NCBI GenBank assembly: GCA_964016885.1
Contig: OZ024740.1
Coordinates: 254,634,001-254,698,000, forward strand
Direction of reading: 5' to 3'
DNA: 64,000 bases
Source: Eledone cirrhosa
Taxonomy: Eukaryota
Shown here: positions 55,712 through 64,000 of the stretch, one piece after another
Layout of the letters: the number at the start of each line of letters is the position of its first letter
How positions within the stretch are numbered: the first letter of the stretch is position 1
The notes under the pieces: model-generated
Seen by the model: the letters and a program-made list of their open reading frames with translations, nothing else
What the model was told of the DNA's origin: nothing
The model's database searches: none
Translations under genes and position numbers: made by a program

Positions 55712-56320
55712 ATCATCATCATTTTACGTCCGCTTTTCCTTCCTTGCAAGGGTTGGACGGGTCCTTTTCAGCACAGCATCTCTCCACCCATGGTCCTTCC
55801 TCTCCTCGGTGAGTTTCAGCGATCTGAGGTTTGCTCTCCCCACCTCCGCCCATGTTTTTCGTGGTCTACCTTCTACTGGGATTTCTTGGCACTTCTTTAC
55901 CCAGCGGTCATCCTCCATGCGCATCACATGTCCATACCATCTCAGCCTTCTCTCCTGCACACCACAACTTATCCCTCTTATACCCAGTTTCTTTCTCAAC
56001 TCGTCTATGCTTGGTCGTTCACGCACATTGGCATTGCACATACAACGGAGCATACTTGCCTCATTTCTCTCCAGCCGTCGCATATCTTCTGCAGTTGCTG
56101 CCCATGTCTCACTACCATGCAGCATCGCGCATCTCACACAGGCATCATATAACCGTCCTTTCGTACGCAGGTAGAAACCCTTCTTTGTCAACAGAAGAAG
56201 CAGCTCCCTAAACTTCTTCCAAGCCGTCCTTATTCTAGATACTATGGCATCGGAACGCCCCCTCCCATGCTAATCTGATCACCTAGATACCGGAAGCTAT
56301 CAATGACTTCTATAAAACCC
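55712..56320 (-). mobile_element. RTE LINE 3' fragment
   Basis: LYDACVRCAMLHGSETW..RLRWYGHVMRM..GRPRKTW; (GAT)n tail; same family as 47535. Confidence 0.87.
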
Positions 56321-56343
56321 ACCTGCATTGAAATATATATATA

Positions 56344-57741
56344 TCTATATATCTATACTATAAAGCTGACGGCCGTATGTAGGGAATAAACTTTCTGCCA
56401 AACGGCTGGACCAAACAGCACCAAATTTTCACCATAGATGTAACTTTTTCCAAGTAAAAAAGTGGGGTGTTTTTGGCTACTGAATTTTGTTAAAAGATTA
56501 AAGACATTATTTAAATATTCACTTCTTTAAAATTTCAAATGTCAACACTTCTGGTTATACGTCATTCCTCACTTTTTCTTATGACGTCACACAACATTCC
56601 CCTCTTTTTCGTAGTCTGTCTTTTTAGATAGATACATAGCTATAACGTAGCGCCCTTATAATATGTCTCTGTATGTCTGGCTGTCTGCATTAGATAACGT
56701 TTTTCGAAATATTTACTTCTGCGTTCACAGACTGATTTTTTTAGTTTCAGAAGATCCCGTTAAGGGTGAAAGCAGCGATTCTTTGCTTAAACTTTAATCT
56801 GTTATTTTAATATATATATTCGTGTACAGATATTTTTGCATACACAAAAACAAAAACCTATTTATTTCACGAAAGCAGACAGCTTATCGTCATTGTTACT
56901 GTTCGAGGTTAGAGGACCACAGTCTTTCCAAGATCTGAGAACCATCAATGTTCCACTTACCGTTGGCTTGCCAGATGCGTGGTATGTTACACGATGACAG
57001 CCATTGGCACCTCACCCTGCAAGAAGCAGCAACTGCTAAAGTCCCTTCTCAGCTGCTATTATGCTGCACAACTGTGATCTCGCCGACCCTCTCGCACTGT
57101 GGAACAACCACCGTGAAAGTCTAGCTGAGGGCATCCTCCACCGCACACGCAGACACAATCCAAACGTAACATACGATGTCGTTTTCAATAAGGCGCTCAT
57201 TTGTCTTGAAAACAGTGTCCTGGAGATTGGTGGTAGGCCTCTAAGTCACTACAGCTTACCTGCTCCTGACAGGAGTGTCCAGAGGTCAACGTCTACAGAG
57301 CTTCTCCACGAGACGAACTACAAGGTCAGTGATTATCCCAAGATCAATTGTATGAAGGATGTTCTAGGGTGAGCTCACCAAACAATCTCTTCATCTTTGC
57401 TCCGAAGGGCCAAACAAAAATTAATGTATACTCTGAGGCTCTAACAATGAAATTTAAATATTTTCTGTTACTTGGAATTTGCATTATGGTTGTACAAATT
57501 ATTGATTGTAAAAAAATTTGTTGTAACTATCAATTTTCTTTAACGTACTGGCTGCTGTGGCTGCTGAACTGGGGAATCCTAAAAACTATTCAAACCCAAC
57601 ATCAGAGCACGTTAACCCCCCCCACCCCCCGCTGACTTGAGAGGGCATGCGGTATCTTTGTACTAGAGTGTAGGGGGGGGATTTCTGAAAGGATAAAATG
57701 CTGGTATACCTAGCCAGGCACCAGCCGCACAGGCCAGCTAG
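56344..57741 (+). mobile_element. Internally deleted Helitron with Rep/Hel remnants
   Basis: TC start and CTAG|T end. Remnants PLALWNNHRESLAE..ALICLE..LPAP and Y.GCSRV..LFIFAP.GQTK..VYSEAL (PIF1-like helicase C-terminus). Confidence 0.8.
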
Positions 57742-57917
57742 TGATATATATATGATCAGCTGCCTTTAGACTCACCTGATGAATGAAACATTTGTTAATA
57801 CTGTAAATAAAACCCTTTTTGTACAGCCGACCATATTATTCTTCAGCCTTTCACTATATATATACACATATACAATGATATTAAATAAATGGAAACTATA
57901 TTTATAAAACCATATTT

Positions 57918-57976
57918 ATTCTATTATATATATTTCAAGGGTACCAAAACTTTGATACGCGTTCATCAGATAAAAT
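57918..57976 (-). ncRNA. Minimal type I hammerhead ribozyme
   Basis: attttat-CTGATGA-acgcgtatca..tggtaccctt-GAAA-TATATA-TA-atagaat. Confidence 0.72.
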
Positions 57977-59064
57977 ATGAAGTGTGTTTTATAAATTTTG
58001 ACATAACCAAAGAAAATACCTTAACGGTTCAAGTTTTCATTGGATAGTGAAGGGATAAGAGAAGAAAAGTCAGATATTTCAAATTGAGTATGCAAATGAG
58101 GTTGAGGTAAAGGGCTGAAAAAACGTTATTTTAGACGCTATGGAGAATTAAAATAATTATATGTGTTTGTATGCGTAGGAAAGAAGAGAAAGGAAGAAGA
58201 ACTTGTATTTACGTTACTTTTCGGGAAAAGGTGGAATATGATTCCAGAGTTTAAATTTAAATTTATTTACCTATATTATGAGTTATAATATTGTATATAT
58301 AATCAATTAGATTATATGAAGAATTATGGTTGTAAGTATTTTGATCTTATTACATTACAATAGGTTATATGTATATAAATATCTATATATATTAATAATT
58401 GTGCATGTATAAGTATTATAGAAATAGAAATAATTTACAATTATTAGTTGTTTATATTTCTAATATTGAGTTACGAAGGATGTTGATTTTGTATTTTACA
58501 TAAAAAAATAGGTGGTTCAAATTGTGAGAGGAGAACAATTTGTAGATTTGAATATTTTGTTCAACATTGAAAATGTTTTCAAAATATTGTTAATTTAGCG
58601 AAGATATATAGATTATCATACAGAATGTGTTTATGTTTGCATGATTCCTATACACCTTCAAAATGATCCTATCTTTTTCAAAATTTAAATGTAAATTTTT
58701 AAAATGTTTTAATATTTTTAATATTTCTAATTTTTTTTAATATCTCTAATATTTTTACCTTTTCACATTAATTTTTTTAAATATATATATTTAATATTCT
58801 TAATTCTGACATTATTTTTCAATGACACCTCTCTAAATATATTTTTTTAGATGTAGATTGGTAATCTTTAATTGACATTATGAAAATTTATCCTCTTTAC
58901 GATAGTTCTTCGAACATTACCTTTTTCCTCTCTTTTTGATATTCAAACCAAAATAATATATAATTTTCTCTATATATTTTTGAGTAAATCACTCATCAAA
59001 TTTAACGGTTAACAAACAAAATTGGAGTTATCTTTCCTTTCTCAAACGTGCAAACATAAACATG

Positions 59065-59225
59065 AACCAACCAACCAACCAACCGAAAATTCATAATAAA
59101 TTGAAGTGAAAACCAACAGGTGCATGTGTTTTTATTGGAGGCATGACCCTCCCAAAGTATAACAATATCTGTTTCAACACACATTTTCAGATAAGAAATC
59201 TTGCAAAACAAATTAAAAACGAAGT
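59065..59225 (+). mobile_element. Family A' PLE pLTR terminus
   Basis: Matches 23855-23995 and ends in (TA)n. Confidence 0.75.
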
Positions 59226-59360
59226 ATATATATATATATATATATATAGATAGCTAGATAGATGCAGGCATGTGCAAATGGCTAACCATGAGGTTCTGGG
59301 CTCTATCTTCCTGTGTGGCATCATGAGTGTCTTTATCATAGCTTCAGGTCAATATAAGCC

Positions 59361-59560
59361 NNNNNNNNNNNNNNNNNNNNNNNNNNNNNNNNNNNNNNNN
59401 NNNNNNNNNNNNNNNNNNNNNNNNNNNNNNNNNNNNNNNNNNNNNNNNNNNNNNNNNNNNNNNNNNNNNNNNNNNNNNNNNNNNNNNNNNNNNNNNNNNN
59501 NNNNNNNNNNNNNNNNNNNNNNNNNNNNNNNNNNNNNNNNNNNNNNNNNNNNNNNNNNNN
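59361..59560. other. Assembly gap (200 N)
   Basis: Exactly 200 N, typical of a fixed-size scaffolding gap of unknown true length. Confidence 0.98.
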
Positions 59561-59602
59561 GACATATCTTGCTGAAACTGAGAGAATGCATTCTCTAGGA
59601 AT
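59561..59602 (-). CDS. PHKB: PHKB following exon, truncated by the assembly gap
   Basis: Strong acceptor ttttctctctctcccactgttgcAG. The +1 frame reads FLENAFSQFQQDMS (cf. PHKB LVKEAFNEFQKDQS) and runs into the Ns. There is a 1-nt phase conflict with the upstream exon. Confidence 0.75.
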
Positions 59603-60251
59603 CTGCAACAGTGGGAGAGAGAGAAAACAAAACATTACTGTTGTGATGATTTTATTAGATAAAAGCATAGTAAAAGAATTTGAAAAAATGAAGCAAAAAC
59701 AAAGATCTAGAGATGTCATAGGTCCTTAACACATGCTGGAGTCTGAGGCATATGTTGGGAAATTTATAGCTGATTAAACTCCTTCTCCATGTCAGAACAA
59801 AGCTGGTGCGTGGGAGAGAGATAACCAACTCCAGCACTGAACTAGTGCTTTATTCATCAACCATGAAAGGATGAAATCCAGAGAGCAGAGATGGTTGGAA
59901 ATTGGTTAAAAAAATCAATATGTAATGGAGTTGTGAAACAAAAACATATACTCTAAATGAAACTTAAAACATCTTAAATATCAAAATATTAAAACTTCAT
60001 AAATATATTCTCCACTCATCAGAATTTCTAAACTGCCATTTAAACTTGTCTTGATTACTTGCCTTGGCAAGGGTTTGGATTTTTGCCAATTTCTCAGCCT
60101 TAAAGTAGGGGTTGGCTTATATTTGAGTATATATGGTAATTCTTTATGAAATTAAATACTAAAGTCTAACATTGCACATGACTACAAAGACTTCTCGCAA
60201 TTTATGAATTACAGAATATGTATAAATTAATGAGGCATATCTTAAAATTGG

Positions 60252-60500
60252 AGGTGTATGGCCTAATGGTAAGGGTACGGTTCCTAGGCTGGGTTGTGTG
60301 TTGTGTTCTTGAGCAAAACACTTCATTTCACATTGCTCTAGTATACTCAGCTGAAAATGAGTACCAGCAATAGTTGAGGGTTCAACTCTGTGCTGGATTG
60401 CCATCCTGTCCAGTGGAGAGTCTTGTACTCTCAGTCGCCTCACACCACAAAACCGGGATAAGCACCGGCCTGATGAGACTCCTGGTTTGAGATATATCTT
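60252..60500 (+). mobile_element. tRNA-derived SINE in PHKB intron
   Basis: TGGCCTAATGG A box, CTTGAGCAAAACACTTCATTTCAC body, GGATAAGCACCGGCCTGATGAG 3' domain. Confidence 0.7.
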
Positions 60501-61253
60501 TAAATTTTTCCTTCTTTACTTAAATTATACTTTATATACTTCTACACTTCCTATATATATTCAATACCAAGTTATATGTACAAATTATACATTTCATCCT
60601 GTAAATAATGTACTTCTATGTATTTCAATTTGCCAAGCAGGTAGCTGAAAACAACTACTCACCCCCCACCTTATTTGGAGAGAGGGAAGGGTATTGCTCA
60701 TGACTTTACAAGGCTTCCACGGCTGGTTTGAGGGAATGTCAGTACCATTGACCCTTCTAGTAAGGCCTCCAAAGGGTGTAAATGAAGTTATCATCAAATC
60801 CCATACCTGGCTTGAATATTTGCAACATAGTGGATTCCATTATCTATATACTACTAAAACTCTGTGATTGCTTGCTTGCTTGTCTGTAATGTAATACAGC
60901 CAAAAGGGTGCATAATGGGAAAATACTTTGAAAGGAAGTTGACTCTGAAATGGGAATACAAATAGAATAAAACATGTTTCGCATAAATCGGAGCACGGGT
61001 TCCTGAGATATGTGGTTTTTCCAGATGCCTTCATAAACAGAGAGAGAAAGATAGACAGAAAGAGATAGTGGTTGTGAGAGAGTAGATTGAAAGAGAGATA
61101 TAGAGAGAGGGAGAGGAGAATGGAAGTGGGAGGGAGCTGACGGTGTTGTTGTGTATATATATATATGTAAGTGTGTGTGTGTGTATATATATATGTGTGT
61201 GTGTCTATGACCAGTGTACATAGATCACAGACACCCACATATATATATATATA

Positions 61254-62520
61254 CTAGCATTAAAGCCCAGCGTTGCTTGGGGTCAGTAAGTTACCAAAGA
61301 TAGGCTGCACCACCCATTTTATGGCAGCACTTTTTTGTCTGCCAGGCATTGGGTGAATGAATTGCAGACCTGGACTGCCGAAGCAGGAGCTGCGTCAGCA
61401 GTGACAATTGTAGTTTCACCTATGGATATTATCTGTGCAAAGAAGTGTTAAAATTTATTGTTTCACAGTACTTGCGCAAGACGCGCGTAGTTGATGCCAG
61501 CCGAACAACAAAGCTGCGATGGAGTTGTTCTGCATGGTTGTCTAATGTGTGTTTTCTAAATTTAAGACAGTAGGGAGGGGTGTGATATGGAGGAGAGTTA
61601 GCTGCTGTTTCTAGCAGGTTTAGTGACCTCATAGAGGATATGTTTTCTAATTTAAGACAGTAAGGAGTGATATGATATGGGGGAGAGTTAGCTGATGTTT
61701 CTAGCAGGTTTAGTGACCTCATAGAGGTTATTATTGTGTATAGTAAATGAACTGATACTTCTTTCTTCCACGTTCGTTGATAGATGTTTTAAAAAAGATT
61801 TATCGCTATTTTTGTTGTTGAATAAATTTATCTGTTGCTTTTGAATATGGGGGAGAGTTAGCTGCTGTTTCTAGCAGGTTTAGTGACGTCATAGAGGATA
61901 TGTTTTCTAAATTTAAGACAGTAGGGAGTGGTGTGATATGAGTGAGAGTTAGCTGCTATTTCTAGCAGGTTTAGTGACCTCATAGAGGATATTATTGTGT
62001 ATAGTAAATGAACTGATACTTCTTTCTTCCATGTTCGTTGATAGATGTTTTAAAAAAAGATTTATCGCTATTTTTTTTGTTGTTGAATAAATTTATCTGT
62101 TGCTTTTGAATAATTGTTGTTTCGTATGAAATGTAATAAGTTCTCTTTGTCATTGAAGTAAATAAATGTTTGATCGTTCCAAACTCAAATACAAACGTTC
62201 TCTCTCTCTCTCTCTTAAAGTTTGTAAGTTTAATCATATATAAGAGAAAGTTGCAGCATGTATGTAGTTTTATCGAATTTTAAGGGGAGTAGAGAGAGGG
62301 TATCTGATTGTATTAGAGGGATAAAGCGTCATGTATTTAGTTTTATCGATTATTTCCGTAATTGTGGGTGAGTTTGAATGAAATAAATAGTCGTTGACCT
62401 AAGTTAGACCATTTACAACATTCTTACTGACTTTGAATCGAATCGGTTTGAAATTGTGCAAATGTATAAACATGGAACATGCACACACACACACAACAAC
62501 AACAATCTGCCTTTTATAGA
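61254..62520 (-). mobile_element. Non-autonomous Helitron-like element with internal minisatellite
   Basis: CTAG at 61254 next to hairpin CCCAG-cgttg-CTTGGG; TC-TATAAAAG at the other end. Internal tandem repeats (GGAGAGTTAGCTG..TCTAGCAGGTTTAGTGACCTCATAGAGG) at ~61545-62110. Confidence 0.65.
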
Positions 62521-63210
62521 TAATGATACACACACACATAGATACATACATTCACACATGTATATATGGGCATTCCAGTTTCATTTCGCATTATATACAT
62601 GTCTGTGTTTATTTTAATTATTTAAAAATTATTTTTAAGTGAACATGATTTAAAAAAAATATTTTGAAGTGAACGTGACCCAACAGGTCACTGGTGGTCT
62701 AGTGGGTTCCTAAATTTCTCACATAAGGAAGGGCACCCAGCAGTAGAAACTAGACTAAAAGAGTTGAGAAAACACTTTTGTTGTATCAAGGCAAGACAAC
62801 CTCTCTAGTGTTGGTGCTATGATAAAATGCCCCCAAGCCATAGAAAACTTTACAAATATAGAGTCAAGACAACTCTTCAACTGTATCAAGGACATGACAA
62901 CCTAATGCTAGTGCTATAATAAAATGAACCTAGTACATTCTGTAAAGTGTGCGTGTGCATGTAAGTGAGATACAAGCATGTCTTTGATTAAGTACTGACT
63001 TGATTTGTAACAACCCATCCAACCCTTATTAGCAGGGTAATCAGACATAAAATGATGAAGATGATGAAGGCTTTGGTCCTACAGAGGCTATGGAAGAAGG
63101 CATTTGCTTAAGATGTCATGAAGTAGGATAGAACCTTAAATCATGTAGTTACAAAAGCAAATTACTTAACCACACAGCTATGTCTACACTGAAATTCTAG
63201 AAATATTTAC

Positions 63211-63285
63211 CTTGTCCATGTTGACTGCTTGAGGGAAACACAGCTCCGGGTTTCGGTCAAGGATTGTGGCCACTACCATGAAGGA
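63211..63285 (-). CDS. PHKB: PHKB next exon (75 nt, phase 0/0)
   Basis: Translates SFMVVATILDRNPELCFPQAVNMDK (cf. PHKB [25 protein letters not shown]). Acceptor ccttttttcAG, donor AAG|GTAAAT; in frame with the previous exon. Confidence 0.92.
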
Positions 63286-63639
63286 CTGAAAAAAGGTAAA
63301 AAAATAAAGACATCAGAAAGTGATATAGATAAAGAAAGTATTGATCAGTGATTGATTAGTGATGACGAGCTAGGTTCACGAATATTATTGTTCTAATTTA
63401 GTTTACTGCAAGACCAGTTCACTCACATAACCACATCCAACTTAATGATGATGATGATGATGATGATAATGACAATGGCAACGATGATAATTAAAATAAT
63501 AATAATTATGAAGATAATGATGATGGCGATTCTGCTGCTGCTGATGATGACAGTGACAACAATAATAATTAAAATAACAAAGATGATTATGAAGATGATG
63601 ATGGTGACAATGACAATGATGATGAAGGTATGTACTCAC

Positions 63640-63747
63640 CTCAACTACAATCTGACGGTAGGCAGGATCAACAATCTCACTCAACATCTTTTCGACCAGA
63701 AGTGAGAAGTTCATCTCATACATGGTCATATCTGAGAGAGTTGGTTG
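63640..63747 (-). CDS. PHKB: Phosphorylase kinase regulatory subunit beta, internal exon (108 nt, phase 0/0)
   Basis: Translates [36 protein letters not shown], matching the recalled vertebrate PHKB segment [19 protein letters not shown]...YRQIVVE. Polypyrimidine acceptor ctctcttcaccAG and donor GAG|GTGAGT. Confidence 0.93.
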
Positions 63748-64000
63748 CTGGTGAAGAGAGATGGACAGGGGTTAGTTATAGATTGGACTGGACATACACT
63801 GAAGTGGCGACCAACATTCCATATATACTAGACTGGACATACAAAATAATAACTAGCATTAGGTGGTCCAACCTATGCAAGCATGGAAGATAATGAAGGC
63901 TTTTGCTGTCAGACCTACTAATTTAAAGCTAAAGCATGTGGAATTTTATTTTTAATATTAGTATGTCTTTTTGTTGTGAGATGGTTTTTGCTGTCTAGAC

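Noticed and set aside
60466-60485. CTGATGAG in a SINE as a hammerhead core
   Set aside because: No downstream GAAA/stem III partner; part of the SINE 3' domain.
60663-60806. Possible 144-nt in-frame cassette exon with GTGAGT donor in the PHKB intron
   Set aside because: No polypyrimidine acceptor, no PHKB similarity, and it does not resolve the frame conflict.
61545-62110. Repeat-spacer-like pattern resembling CRISPR
   Set aside because: The 'spacers' are themselves repeated; eukaryotic minisatellite inside a Helitron-like element; no cas genes.
63442-63639. His-rich extension of the PHKB-containing ORF
   Set aside because: Read-through past the GTGAGT donor into an intronic (CAT)n repeat.

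Overview
Eukaryotic, AT-rich, extremely repeat-dense animal genomic DNA. The tRNA-derived SINE families, (TA)n/(CA)n load and LINE repertoire resemble an octopod cephalopod genome (inference). Positions 1-59360 hold no recognisable host gene. They are a nested pile of decayed retroelements: at least three lineages of Penelope-like elements (PLEs; RT plus C-terminal GIY-YIG endonuclease), RTE and CR1-type LINEs, SINEs, Helitrons and a long-TIR foldback element, mostly embedded in (TA)n microsatellites. About 25 type I hammerhead ribozyme (HHR) motifs from roughly ten sequence families can be read directly. They include a 310-nt tandem non-coding 'retrozyme'-like array predicted to yield a self-cleaved (circularisable) RNA, HHRs with very long stem II inserts, and a recurrent CCGAUGA core variant. 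After a 200-N scaffold gap (59361-59560), three minus-strand exons of the phosphorylase kinase beta subunit gene (PHKB) are present. There is a 1-nt frame conflict at the last visible junction, and the C-terminus is missing. Most ORFs in the ORF track are microsatellite artefacts or TE fragments.
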